64,000 nucleotides of DNA from Octopus sinensis. Taxonomy: Eukaryota. The stretch covers positions 130,138,001-130,202,000 of the forward strand of contig NC_042999.1 in NCBI RefSeq assembly GCF_006345805.1, read 5' to 3'. How positions within the stretch are numbered: position 1 is the first letter of the stretch; each line of letters opens with the position of its first letter. Shown piece after piece: positions 37,603 through 52,144 of this stretch. The position numbers and the translations under genes are program-made. Below the pieces are notes generated by a model that did no database searches, had not been told where the DNA came from, and saw only the letters and a program-made list of their open reading frames with translations.

Positions 37603-37902
37603 CGTACACAGACACACTTAATCATACATACATATATGACTAGATTAAGATTTCTCTTGTGCTTACTAGTGTGTATTTGTGTACATAATTATCATTGATT
37701 ACGCAGAAAATGGAGTGAGAGGATTGGTGAGATCGATGCTGGTCAGATTGAACTCGTGTTAAGATGACACATTGCCACATCCTCCATTTATCCAACCAGG
37801 TGGCCATTTACACATCGATTTGTAAATAATATTGTCGTCGGTGTCAAGGTTTCAACAAGTCAACCACTGCTTCTAAAATCCCCCCTGTCTCTCTCCCTCT
37901 CT

Positions 37903-37967
<65 letters not shown>

Positions 37968-38257
37968 TCCTTCTTTCTTTCCTTTCCTGAGCGTCCAATA
38001 ACACTATAATAACACTATACTTGTTCCACGTCCTCGCGTTGCTGTGTTTTCTCTTTGTGTTTTCATGTTTGGATTAACTATATATTATATATATAAATAA
38101 ATATATACTTATACGCTATATCCGCTTAATGTTGACAGTCGGAAAAAGGGTATTCAATACTAAATTTTATATTAATAATATATTTTATTGTTGCTTAAAG
38201 ACCCTGCGCAATCAGTGGTGAAATTCAGAGTAGAAAGAGACTAACTTGACCAAAATG

Positions 38258-38324
<67 letters not shown>

Positions 38325-38585
38325 TTCTTTTATCGCCTTGGTTCAGTCGTTATACTGCGACCATACTGAGGCACCGCCTCGAAGTTTTTAGCCGAACAAA
38401 TCGACCCCAGTACTTAGTGTTTTTTTAAGCTTGATACTTATTCTATCGGTGGGTTTTTGCTAAGTTACGAGGATGTAAACAAACCAACACCGGTTGCAAG
38501 TGGTATTAGGGGACAAAAGCACGCACGCACGCGCGCGCATACACACACTCACAGACACACACACACACACACACACATACACACA

Positions 38586-38630
<45 letters not shown>

Positions 38631-38790
38631 GCACACACATATACGATGGAAGTTTTTCAGTTACCGTCAAACAAATCTACTCGGTACTAAGATATAGTAG
38701 AAGATATTTGCCGAAGATGCCGTGCAGTGGGACTGAACTCAGAACCATGTGGCCGGGATACAAACTTCTTACCCTATAGCCATGCCTGCG
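38325..38790 (-). mobile_element. SINE family A, diverged
   Basis: Colinear with other copies. Confidence 0.8.
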
Positions 38791-40954
38791 TGTGCATTAC
38801 TAAACAATCTTGTATATGGTCTATCATTATTTGACCTTGGCCTTCAAAAATAATTTGACCGGCAATTTAATAATGCCGTGTGTCTGTTTACGTGGAGGTA
38901 ATTAGGGATCAAATGATATATTGTAGTATATCATTCAACAATCATCATTTTCCTTTCATTTTATTTTCCATTTGGTCGCAGGGTTGCAGCTTTTAGAAAT
39001 AATTATTTAATGTTGCATATAAAGTATGAGATGAAGGTTCAAATTCAGTTGAAGTTATTTATTTTTGTGGTGTATGTATGCAAACTATTGTTTTTCTTTA
39101 TCGTCATCATCTGTAGACGTTTGTTTCGATGTCTACATATCTCATCTGTTACAACGGATGATCATTGTGTTTGTAGTACTGATTCCTTTGATGATAAAGA
39201 CAATCTGTACAATTACTCAATAGAGTTCAAAGTTGTGCAAAAGATTAAAAAAAAACAAAAACAAGGCAGAAGTACGCTCAAGAAAATATACGTAGTTTTT
39301 GATATTTCGAACCTATGGTCTTCTACAGAAAATATGAGGTAAAAAGAAAAACAAAGAAGAGAGAAAAGAAAACGGAGAGAGAAAAGACGTGTCTAGAGTA
39401 ATGGTTTCAAGTATAACTCTTATGAAATGCTTCTCCTCATGCTTTAACTTTGGCACGGAGTTCTGTTGTAATACTATCTTGAAAATTAAATTATGCTAAA
39501 CCACTTAGCAATGGGACAGGAGTTCAAGCAATCCATTTACATGAATGCATGAGTGAAGGCCAAATTGTCACAAAATGGAAAACATGCAATTAAGCGAAGA
39601 ATTAAATCGAGACCTTCCGATACCCTCTCATTCGTCCTTACGCGGTTACTGATTCCTGTTTGAATAGCTTGCGTGGCAATCGATAAAGATCAATATATCA
39701 ATAATTGAGTTCAATTGTTCAGTTCTTTTCAGTACATCTATTTGTTCGTGGACAATTGTATGTAGCTCTACAGAACTGCAGAGAGTGCTGCAGGTATAGT
39801 GACAATGTCGGGAAAAAAATATCACCAACCTTGCGCACACTGGAATGTTTTAGTTGTAAAACTTTCTTCATAAATCTTGATAATTAATTCATAAAAATTA
39901 ACCTATACATGTTTTAGTACTTTTATTTGGTTTACCCACACATGTTTTTCATAATCATTATTCCTCATCTTCAAGAACTATTGCCGGGAAAAGCGAAAGA
40001 GCGGTCATATCCCTGTGTGTGTGTGTGTGTATTATGATGTACTTACTTCTTGTGTATCATATGACCATACGACCGTGCTAGAGATCTCATCTCCAGCTAC
40101 CCTCATCTGACAATTGTCTCTGGTTATGAAACTCTTAGTAAGTAACATGAGATAACGTATTAGATTTACTCTAACCTAAGCATTGAGTGCTTTTCAGTCT
40201 AGCGTAAAGTTATTTTGTAATTAGAAGCATGTGAAGACAACGACTTGTTGTTTTGTTGTTGTTGTTGTTGTTGTTGTTGTTAATAATGATAATATATGTC
40301 CGACGGTTACATACTCAGCTCGGCAAAAATGTTTCATAGTATTACGGAGAAACCCTCAGGAATTTTCTTTTTCTCTTTCGTTTTTTTTCTTCCAGATACG
40401 GACACACAGTGGTTTTATCTAAAAATCACCTTTATTGATTTCATCAATCTAGAAAAATTTGCAAATATGAACGTTATTTTCTGTCCTCACACTAATCAAT
40501 AACAGTAAAATAGCGGCCTGTGTATATTCGCAGTTACACATATAGTAATATATATATGTAAACACCTAAATATGCGTACGTGATATTGGAACAAAGTTTT
40601 AATTATGGATTTTATGATGTTAAACAAACAGGAGATAGTTTAAGCTATCGTGCCATATCTCAAAAGTACACTTTGTCCTTTACATGTATTGTTATTTATT
40701 TTGAGACTTCTCGAAGTGTATCTTAAACTGCATACTATTAAATAACCGACGCTCTTACGACTCTGCCATCTGACCACCTTAAACACACATGCACACAGTT
40801 ATCACCTTCTCTCTCACTCTCTCTCCCTTTCCTCTTTGTATGCATGTATACATACATACCCATATAAATACGTGTATATATAGATCCATTATAAGTAGAA
40901 TCAACAAAAAAAAAAAGTACACCATCCAGTGGGAAATAAATATCTATTCAATAC

Positions 40955-41155
40955 ACAACCGAAAGAGCGTCGAATAGTTTCATGCTTTTATGATACTTTA
41001 ACTACGCATATTTATAAAATACGCCGTGTATTTCCAAGCAATAACGCATAAACAGAGCCTGAAAGACTGCTTGGAGATAGATGGCGTATCTTATAAATGT
41101 GCATAGTTAAAGTATCATAAAAGCATATAACTATTAGTGGCTCTTTCGGTTGAAT
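40955..41155. mobile_element. Short foldback with degenerate HHR (Penelope-like end)
   Basis: 40958-41042 is an imperfect reverse complement of 41066-41151. Confidence 0.6.
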
Positions 41156-41727
41156 ATTAAATATACATATATATATATATATACATACACACACATACAC
41201 ATATATATACACATACATATTTATGCTTACATACATATATTAGTATTAGAAATGAAAACTCACGAATGCGTGTTTTTTAAAATATAAGAATATAAGTCAC
41301 CTTATACCTGTAATTATCATATTGCGTGTAGTGCTTGCATTAATTAAATCAGTCAGGTTGGTGAAGCATTTGCTATTAATGCAAAGTAGGCAGACCAATT
41401 TAGTCGTCAGAGAACGCGTATACTGTAAATATCTATCTATAAGCAAATATTTCCTTCTTTGGTCAGGAAATGAGTAATCGATTTTTGATGAAGATGTAAT
41501 AAGCGCTGAAATTATTCAGACCAATCTCTTTTTCTCGCCATATGTATGTGTGTACCTTGAACCTCTTTTTCTTTTGATACTCCAAAGTCTACAACTCAGT
41601 TGGCTGGTTGGTTTGCGTACAATTCTGCTAGGTCTTACATATTCTTGCTTTTCCGCTTACAGAGTTTATCAGCAAGTTTTATGTCAGATATGCTTTCATT
41701 TATTGTTTCTAATATTTCAGGTTTCTT

Positions 41728-41946
41728 AAGGCGGGGTGATGGCAGAACCGTTAACACACCGGGAAAAATACTTAGCGGCATTTCGTTCGTCTTTGCGTTC
41801 TGAGTTCAAATTTTTCGAGATCGACTTTGCCTTTTATCTTTTCGAGAACGATAAAATAAGTACCAGTTGAACACTGAGGTCGATGTAATGGAATTAACCT
41901 CTTCCCCGAAGTTGCTGGCCTTATGCCAAAATTTGAAACCAATATT
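41728..41946 (+). mobile_element. SINE family B variant
   Basis: Colinear with 17759-17972. Confidence 0.8.
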
Positions 41947-42705
41947 TCAAGATTGTTCATTAACCTCTTAGTACAACAACCAAAAGCGCCAATGATCAAC
42001 AAATAAAAGAAGTGCTTCTTTTTCCTAGTGATATTGAATAAAATGGTAATTTCTAATAAGGAACTTTTATTCAGTTCGGCAGCTATTAGCGACACCAGTG
42101 ATTTATTAATCATTGCTGTTTTTCAATAGAAGCGAAATTTGTCTAAGCATACGGTTGCTAGTGGATACTTGCAACAAATGACGTGCAAAGAAGCAGAAAT
42201 CCCGATTTAGTAATTCCGCTGCCGTTGCCTGGATGCTTTTCGTCTGCTGCTGATACATTTCTGCGCTGTGTGTTCATACGAAATGCTTCCTCAAGACGAA
42301 TACCGCAGTATTGTGGCTTACTACACTATATCCAGCGACATCAATTATCACAAGTTATTTCATCCGATACTTCTCTCGTCGTTAACGAATTCGTTTTCAT
42401 TTAAAAGTTTGAGAAATGAGAAGGTTATGATCTTTGCTGTTCCAATCAGGCTGGTGTAAATGACGCAGTTACTTCTCTACCTTAACATTTATACATGAAT
42501 GAATATTGGCAGATGGCTGGGCAGGGAATAATGCTTCTGGTCCCAGTAATTCCGGATAGATGACCTATACAAAATATTTGGGTTTTTGCTTTGTTTCCTA
42601 TTCTGGAGACTTTGGCGAAAATTTTGGTGAAAACGTCCCAGCAATATACCTTGCATTGAAAAGTACCATTGTATTGGGTAGTACCTTATGTCATCGTTTC
42701 CTACA

Positions 42706-43090
42706 CCGTGGAGGCACAATGGCCCAGTGGTTAGGGCAGCGGACTCGCAGTCGTGGGATCGCGGTTTCGATTCCCAGACCGGGCGTTGTGAGTGTTTATT
42801 GAGCAAAAACATCTAAAGCTCCATAAGGCTCCGGCAGGGGTGGTGGTGGCGAACGCTGCTGTACTCTCTCACAACTTTCTCTTACTCTTGCTTCCTGTTT
42901 CTGTTGTACCTGTATTTCAAAGGACCAGCCTTGTCATACACTGTGTCACGCTGAATCTCCCCGAGTACTACGTTTAGAGTATATGTATCTGTGGGGTGCT
43001 CAACCACTTACACGTTAATTTCACAAGCAGGCTGTTCCGTTGATTGGATCAACTGGAACCCTCGTCGTCGTAACCGACGGAGTGCCACGA
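42706..43090 (+). mobile_element. tRNA-derived SINE (family C), full length, 9-bp TSD
   Basis: A box TGGCCCAGTGG, B box GGTTTCGATTCC; TSD TTTCCTACA. Confidence 0.9.
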
Positions 43091-43143
43091 TTTCCTACAA
43101 TAGTATTAAATGGTGTTTAGCAGTGACATCAAAGTGCATAAGA

Positions 43144-43691
43144 AAGAAACTTTTGTACATAGGCATCCTTGTTTAAGATCTAAGAAAAATTACGTTTGCC
43201 TGTGTACACAAACAGATACACTGACTTACTTGACTCATACCTACATGCATAGAAACACGATGGCTTGAAACACGTTTTCAAGCATTGCCATCGCCCGATC
43301 AAAAATTCCACACATGCGAAGACTACGACCAGCCATTTTTGTGATGGGTCTTAATTCTTTTTTTCTTTTCCATGCGATGCCTGTGCGTGATGAATTTTTA
43401 TAGCGGGGAAAGGATTTACACAAATCCAATCCCACTCTCTGATCTGAACATGGGCAACATAAATGCTAGGTCTGATAAGAAATTGAAGCTTTCAGTTCAA
43501 ATAGTAAATTAACTGACTGCAACAATATTCAGGGAAATTAGTCAACTGTCTCCAACAAAATTTCCTATCATGATTGTGATAACCAAGACATGTAGATATC
43601 ACTTTTTTATGCTGAGTTTCGTGCTATTGAAAAGGTTTGCAGGATTTAGATTACAAAGTAACCTGATCGACACCCTAGGCCTCAGCATCAT

Positions 43692-43743
<52 letters not shown>

Positions 43744-44375
43744 TGTGTGTGTGTGTGTGAAGTTACCTGCTACTTCAGGGCTCTTAAAAATCCAACTGAA
43801 TAATATACAACCTGGTCTTGAGAATTAGCTGTCTCTTCTGATTTATAGCATCATTTCCTCTCCGATTAGCATTTCTTGTAGCCTTCAGTTAACTTTTCTT
43901 ACGACATGTTTTGATGCTAAGATTCCTCGCTCGGTTACTCGCTCACTCGCAAACCCATTTGAAATAAGGTTGTCTGATGTTAATGTTTGAAAAGATTCTA
44001 GCAATCAGTTGCATTTCTATTTGAATAATTTCGTCAATGGATGATCGAATTTGTTCATTGAAGGCCCTTTTCACCTTTCAAAGAGTTCATTTCCCAGCTG
44101 GAAGAGGTAACTGCCATCATCGCCATGGAATTATCATTGAAGAACTCTCCATTGGATCGCATTAGAGGTGTTAATAAAACGCTAGACTTACTACCCAGAC
44201 TTGCCCGGTAAAGTATTCACAGAATTGTTTGCCAGTTTGTAGAATGGGAAAGATTCAATTTGCATCTTTGCGGATTTTGGCCTCGAGTAAGTTCTCCTGA
44301 TGTTGAACAATAGTTGTTCTTGTGCGAGATGTAGGGCAGTTTAAACATGGCATATGCAGTTCTTGATGTTGTACA
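43144..44375 (-). pseudogene. Helitron Rep-helicase (PIF1-like) C-terminal pseudogene
   Basis: SRTAYAMFKLP, KWVCE..ILASK, YKSEETANSQDQVVYYSVGFLRAL, LLCNLNPANLFNSTKL, LQFLIR, VGLDLCK; many frameshifts and small insertions. Confidence 0.8.
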
Positions 44376-44660
44376 CATCGCATCTTGAAATACTTTGTTT
44401 TTTTGTTTGAACTTCTGTCCCGTTGTACATTTGCAAGGGTGTGAAAGTAAAGAGATAAAAAGGAAGCATACAGTTTTGAGGCGATAGGGTAAAAAAGGAA
44501 GAATATAGCTTTGAGGCGATATAACTGAGTTATAACAGAAAAGAAAGTGAGGAAAGTTGGAAGAACTGGAATAAAAAGAATAAAAAAGAAGGGAGCAGTA
44601 TTGCAAAATATGTCTTCTTTTATAGAGAGTAGCATAAAATCAAATGTTAATTAAATTAAG

Positions 44661-44742
<82 letters not shown>

Positions 44743-44839
44743 AGGTTGGATGCAGAAAAATAAAGGAACCTGGCTTGAAAAATACTATGAAAAGAAACAG
44801 GAAGAACAGGAGAATAAAGCATACACAGACGCACGTATA

Positions 44840-45233
44840 TCGTTATATATAAAAGTGAAGTTGTGTGTCTGTCTCCTACGATTTAGATTCCTAACTACTC
44901 CCACATTTTGCGGTGCAGTGTAACCAAAAGCGGGTATCTTATAGTCGTGATTCATATCGAGCTCTTCTGGGTATTAGCGCGCGTCTACGATGAATCTACG
45001 ATTTAAAAAAAAATTTACCATCATTTTTTCCCATTTTTAATACATTTTTTTGCTATTATATAAGGGAAGTAACTCTCTAAAAATGTATTATTAAATCTCA
45101 GAACGTAAAAAGCTACAGTAACACCCCCTTTGTGTTTAGCCATATTGAGATGGCTATTATACTTTACATCTCTAAAAATGCTTATATAGTTATTTCCCTT
45201 ACAAACCCGAGCAACGCCGGGCGATACTGCTAG
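44840..45233 (+). mobile_element. Non-autonomous Helitron
   Basis: A|TC...TATATATAAAAGTGAAG start; 3' hairpin CCCGAGCAACGCCGGG then CTAG|T. Confidence 0.85.
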
Positions 45234-46364
45234 TTATATACATATACAGGGAAGGAAGATATGGGATAAAGTGAAAACAAATCTCAGATTCAGAATCTCT
45301 GAATCTCATTGACATTATGGTGCTGGGGAAAGACTCGCCCACTCGTGAAATCGTGACAAAAACGGTTATCAAAATGGTGAAGATGATAGAAGTTGGGATG
45401 TGTAATATATCTACATCTGAGTGTCTCGCCACCATATATTCCTGATAAGTTCAATCTACTGCTCTTTTCATTACTCTCTAATCAATCACTCACTATCTCT
45501 CCTGTGTACTCCTACGCCTCTGTGTCCATAGTCCTCTCAATACCACCCTTCATTCCAATCAATCATCTACCACGGCGCCTAAACAATGACAGCATTAGAA
45601 CTGTCCATATTCTATAGGCTACAACTATCACCTTTTTACTACAAATCATCACCCCGTCTGTTTGTCTGTCTGTCTCTCATATCACCTTCGTTGATATCCG
45701 CTACTTCCTTCTGTCATCACTCATCTCTGATGTTACCCATCACTCTCTCTCTCTCTTATACAATCGCCTACCTTTGTCGATATCCTTCAACTTTTCACTG
45801 TCTCTCATAATAACTTCTCCAATCATTCTTTTCTAATAAGATCACTGTATTTTTGTTGACAAACATCACTTCCCCACCTCTGTGTCTTTCATCAACCAGC
45901 CCTCCTCACCATTACTTCTTTCATCTTGTCTCTCTAATACGTATGCAGCTGTCTATTATTATTCCCTTTTCCATTACTCTGTCTCTGCAATTAACTCATA
46001 TTCAGCTCCCTCTTCTGCTGAACCACTCGATCATATTTAGCATGAACAAACGCAGACAATCTTGAGACGAATCTACAAGTCTTGTAGAGGACTAGGCAAC
46101 TTCTGTAATGCCTGTGCCACGATAAAATTCACGCAGTGAGAGAAGAGAAATTCGAAGGATTGCTTTCGTCCAGTAGAGCGCCAATCATATCTACAGGAGA
46201 TGTGAATTTGAGCCCCACTAGCAGCCTTCGACTTTTTCTATCACGAAAGGGCTTTTACATGCTGGTCTTCATGGCTGTATGCGAAGTGCTTCAAGAACAA
46301 GCATTCCATACACGCAGCCCTAAATCCGTCCGCGCGTGCACGCGTATGTAGCAAGCACCAACAC

Positions 46365-46410
<46 letters not shown>

Positions 46411-47554
46411 ACACACGTCTCCACAAACACAACCAATAACATACCAATACAACAGCAACCAACATACCAGCAACCAATACACCAACAACCAACACACACA
46501 CACAAACACAAACATATGCATGCACTTACACTCACAAGTTTACTTATACAGCCAATAGCATACCCGCATCCACGTATTCACACTCCTCGTACGTGAGTAT
46601 ATATACATGCACACACACGCGCACACGCGCATACAGACTCATACATCTCACCACCGGCAGACGCCGTCAATTTTCTATCCAACCACGCGGTTTCCTTTTC
46701 TAATGGAATTGATGTCGCTAAGGAATTGACATTATTCGCTAGAATACCATGTAACCCGCTTTCACCAATGGCAGCCTATCTTCCGATAGCTTTTTTTGAC
46801 TTCCTGGATCTTTCTATTCGGCATTCCAGAAGCCCGAAGGAGTCGGGCTCCCGTTAGGGGCCTGCGAAATTTGAAGTAGCACGGTACCGAATCAAACTAT
46901 TTTGAAGATCACATGTAACTACTACAAGATGTGTTGAGTGCCTGTTTCTTTCGTTTGTTCACTTGTATACATGTTTTCTTTCTCTGTCTACATGTCTACC
47001 AATATTTCTTAATCCTTAACTTTCTATTGCTTTCTCTATCGTTTCACTTAACAACCAACTATATCTTTTTCTTTCAATACTCGTCTCCTTTTGTCTTTCT
47101 ATCATTGTTTTTTTTACTTGCTCATTTTAGTCGTATCTTTTTAACCTCTGTCTTTCTATCTATTCCTATTTTCGATTCGTCTATTCCTATTCAGTTTTAT
47201 CTCTCTACGACCCTCCCTCTCTCTCATTCTTTGTCTTTCTCTCAACGCACTAATGCTCTTTCCTTTTCTCCCTTACCCAAAAGCATCATGTGACATTCTT
47301 GTTTTTCAAGCTACCCATCATTTTTGCATGAACCGCTCTCATGGTCAGTCGCTTTTTTTCCCCCCACTAGCTCCTGATTGGTCTAAGATTTTAAATATAG
47401 TTCCGGTTCCTGGTTCGTCTAACTTTAATATCAATAGTTTCAAATGAATGAGATATATTACTGCTTCACTGCGACCCACACCTTTGTGTCAAAGTATTCG
47501 TGTCTTTAGATAGATAATCTGCATGAACTTATTTGGTTACTTTCAAAATCTTGA

Positions 47555-47900
47555 GTGGTTCGCAGGCACTAACTCCCTCGCCCGCGCGCTTGATCAGTTT
47601 TTGCGAGGTACGAAAAAATTGATTAGTTGTTAGCAGTTTAACAAATGGTACTATACTATGAAGAAATTCAAATTTATATTAAGACAAACACAAGTATCAA
47701 CTTATTAATTATTTGATACTATTTTCTTGTTCATGTTGAACAAGTTATTAAATCTGAACTGGCAGCTTTGATAACTTAATTCCGAAATATTGTTAACGTG
47801 GTTAGTCCCAATTGTGGATATTCTAAATCACGTGAACAAAGCATTGCAGAGTTCTTGAAACATTTACTAAATATTAACTGAATTTCACTGGATATCTTAA
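47555..47900 (-). mobile_element. Possible hAT (Charlie-like) transposase C-terminal remnant
   Basis: Weak RIKLSKLP...LVQHEQE-like peptide and a GAGTGGTTCGCA end; heavily decayed. Confidence 0.25.
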
Positions 47901-49090
47901 ATCCTTTGCTGTTTAAAAACTTCGTATTATAAATGACGATTTAAAAAAAAATCATATTTATAACGAAAAGTGCAAATAGTGAAGAAATTGACTTTTTTTT
48001 ATCGATTTCCTTTTAAGGATTATCCAATAGTTTAGCTGTTGTTGTTTCGTTTCACGAAAGACCTTTTATGAAATATGTTCAATACATGACTATCCTGTCT
48101 TTTGCTGGTTCTGTGCCTTTAGGACTACATTGGCCACTGTGTTATTATTCTTTCAAAATTGGTGGCAACGAGTTTGTGAGTAATCTGGTTGGTATTTCTG
48201 GTACGTTGAGTTATTATGTTGAGAGAACAGTAGCTAGTCAAGTAATGAGCTGAGTGGTCCGGGTCAACTGTAAGTAGGCTTATGGTACGTAGGTAGCCGG
48301 CCAAACAATTAAACATGACCGATAGATCAATCTTCCCAGTTATAGCATGTCTCTGTTTCATTGAAGACCAAATTGTACATGCCGGCAAGAAATGATAATC
48401 ATATGGAGTGCAGTGTGACAGTCTGGCTAAGTTGCACACCCTCCACTGTTCAGTCTATTTCTACAGATTCTGGTGGTAGCCACTGAAAAAGCGGGGAAAG
48501 TAACAGTTGCTGTTTCTCCGTAATTATCATTACCAGTGTACATCACAATACAGTGTTTAAAGCTGCCTATTTGTGCCTTTTTCTGATAAGTATGCGTTTT
48601 TCTTTTTACTTCTTGCCTGGTAGATATGGTATTTTTGAATGTTATTGTTGCAGTGTCTGGACTGCTGAATGTGTGTCTAAGTGTGTGGAATAGGTTTCCA
48701 AGCATTGATTGGGATTAAATGGAGGAAAAGTTTGGAATAATTTGAGCTCCGTACATGTCCACGTAGTCTTTCGTTTTGAGTAGTTTTGTTTCGTTATGCA
48801 GCTAGTTTTTATACAACTTATGATACGCAGTAAATTATTGTTTTGTGTTCCTTGTAATTTAGTGGGTTTTATTGTGAAGAGATTGAGAACTAAGGTACAG
48901 CAAGCAAGAAAGACCTAATCTATCGAGCGTACATCGTTACTGATACTTCTTTTCCTTAGCCAAATATGGTACCTATGATTAATCTAAGTATGTCTGTGTG
49001 TCATTTTGTATTATTTAATTATGCCTTCCGTGTGTTTTTATTAATGTAGTGCTTGTGTTGCATGTAACCCCCATCTCTCATTCTTGATGT

Positions 49091-49146
<56 letters not shown>

Positions 49147-49443
49147 CTAATGTATTTCGTGTTGCTGGCTTTTATTTTGTAAGCTCACATTAGTTTACAT
49201 CTATTGTGTGGGTGTCGTTTTCTATTAGTTTACAAATGTAATTTATGATATATATATATGTGCTGAATGCACGTTTTTATGTATATTATAAGATCACCAC
49301 TCCCGTTGTGAAAGGATCTATCTAGACTAGTTTGAGTATTATTTGAAATGATGGATATCGTGTGATCTGTTCGTTAGAATATTTTATGAATTATTTCTAC
49401 CCGAATATCGCGAGTTGTGATAAAAACCTTCCCTGCCATAAAG

Positions 49444-49615
49444 GTATCTAATACCTATTTCTTTATTACCCACAAGGGCCTAAACATAGAGAGGACAAAC
49501 AAGGACAGACATAGGTATTAAGTCGATTACATCGACCCCAGTGCGTAACTGGTACTTAATTTATCGACCCCGAAAGGATGAAAGGCAAAGTCGACCTCGG
49601 CGGAATTTGAACTCA
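49444..49615 (-). mobile_element. SINE family B, 5'-truncated
   Basis: Near-identical to the 3' part of 56909-57141. Confidence 0.85.
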
Positions 49616-49974
49616 AAAGGTGTCTAATACCATTAGTGTTGTACTGTATAATTTTTGTCACGTTTACAACCATTATTTATTTATTTATTTTGTGTATAGC
49701 GTTTTAAAAGTATTGTGTGCGGGCTCGCGACGTTGAGAAGGGAGATAACAAAAGTACCTTCTGCTTTTATCGTTGTTGTCTTTTATTCGTTTTCTTTTGT
49801 TGTAAAGTGGTGTTTTTTTATCTGCATTATTTGTAAATATTGTTGTTTTGTGGCGTTGGTGCAAGAATTTTGCTGGCTTTGTCAGATACCTATCTTTATA
49901 GTTGTCTTAGAGACTCACTTCGCGCAGATTCATGAAGGCCTTCGCACGTATTCTTTTATTTTTTAAAATTTGTT

Positions 49975-50104
49975 TTAATCATTTGACTGTGGCCATGCTG
50001 ATGCACCGCCTTAACGGGTTTTTAGTCGAAGAAATCGATCCCAGGACTTATTCTTTGTAAACCTAGTACTTATTCTATCGGGCTATTTTGCCGAACCGCT
50101 AAGT
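49975..50104 (-). mobile_element. SINE family A, 3' fragment
   Basis: Match to the family A tail. Confidence 0.75.
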
Positions 50105-52093
50105 TCAAAAATATTGGTGTGTTGAGGAACATCACTCGGTTGGCCTCCTAGCCGCAACTACCCAGTCTTCTTTTCTGGCATATTGTATTCAGCATTAGCT
50201 TATTCTCTTCCTCTAACCATTTTAAAAGACGGTTGGGTAATATTTATGTAAGAATTTCTTGTAGGTCGAGCTACTGTAATAGAGGCTTCATCGCTAGCTC
50301 GTCAAACAATTTATTCTTGAGACAGTGATATCTAAGGATTCGTTTTATGTATTCGTTTGATGTTTTTAAAACCGATTTTAAATTTCGCATGTGAATTTCG
50401 TAAGATATTTACGTTCTGTTTCAAGGATGCTTGTTTTTAATCTCGTAGACTATCTTCGATTCTCAGTTGTTCAGAGTCGATGTCTATTAAAAAACAAAAA
50501 CAAAGAAACTTGAATGTTGATTTTTGATGACAACGTATTTAACGGAAAGCAATAACTATAATTACTTCCAACACAATTTATTTTCTTCAGTCCCCCAAGT
50601 ATATAAAAGTGCCATGACGGCGTTTAAATCACGTCTTTTAAAATTATGAGCTAAATTCCCATAAGGAAAAATTTTGTTTCTTATCATTGTGCGAAGTCAA
50701 TATATATTCTTAGTCAAGGACCAGGGTCAATATAATCAACTATGTCACTGCCAGTAAATTTCTGGTCTTTATTATAATCATTTACTTTTATATTCTACTT
50801 CTCAATCTGTGAACAGAACCACTATTGGTTACAGGTTTCCAATACTGTATTCCTGACTGCGAGAGTGACAAGGGGACATCTGTAACTTGATGAGTCCTGT
50901 TCGAAGAGCATTGGATTTTTGCTAGTTTACATCGTTCGCCGATATACATTGTAGCGTACACTCTGTAGCGTACACTCGAGTGAAATTCCTCTCCCCTTTA
51001 TTATATATACGTATATACAGACGTAGCAGATAATAGCTAGCCTTTGGCTACTATTTGGACCCCGTTGTGTCTACTGCTCTGATTGGTTGGTATTGGCACA
51101 ATTTGTTTCTTACTCTGTCGTACTAATCTGCAGCGTCTAACCAATCGGAGCCCCTAAATAAGATCACGTGAGACAATCTGTTCACAATCCCGGTTGAGCC
51201 TACTCTTCATTATATAAACTCACCTTCTCCTCGTTTCGAAGTCTTTGGTTCCAGACCTTCTAAGGTCTAGCCACGGATCACACAAGACACAGTCATTTCC
51301 AGCGACTACTCCAGACGCCCAGGTTTCAATATAGCACTGTTCGTGAATTACTTTAACAGCAAAGATACAACCTGCGAGCCAGACGACAACGCCGTCCAAC
51401 AGCGATACCATCTTCTTAACAATGTCAACAACGTCTCTACGTACATAGCTCAACCAGCAACTTGCACAGGTTCCAAATAGCACTGTCTGTGAATTACTTC
51501 ACCATGGTTAACAGCAAATACAACCTGCGAGAACTCCTGTACAAATGACCCAGGCAGCAGCATTACAGCCATAACTTCATACAACACATACCACAACTGG
51601 CTCTGCATCATTGCCACAACTTCTTAATGCAGTATTTCAGTCACCGTGTACAATTGACTACGAACTGGTATTTCTCATTCTTGTGTCTATGAACATTTGT
51701 CTAACTTCTCATTATAGATTCTTTCACTTTCTTCCTCATTGTTGTTCTTATATGTAGCACACGCATACATCCATGCACATACACACATAACTTTGTTCTC
51801 ATGTTGATGGTGGGGTGCGAGATAGAAAGTGTGTTTGAGAGAGAGAGAGAGAAAGAGAGAAAGTGTGTGAATGTGTGTGTGAGGGAGAGAGAGTGACAGC
51901 GTGCATTTTAAGTTTATTTTTCCTAGCATCTTTTTTGAGTGAGTGATTGAGAGAGAGAGAGAGAGAGAGAAAGGGAGAGAGAGAGAGAGAGAAAGAGAGC
52001 GTGTGATAGCGTAATGCCCCTCTCTCTTTCTCTCGCTCTCTCTCAGTCAAACACACAATAAAAGCAGTTGCGAGAAAAAGTAAATTAATTTTA

Positions 52094-52144
<51 letters not shown>

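Noticed and set aside
48068-48860. Minus-strand ORFs suggestive of a decayed retroelement
   Set aside because: No diagnostic motif recognised.
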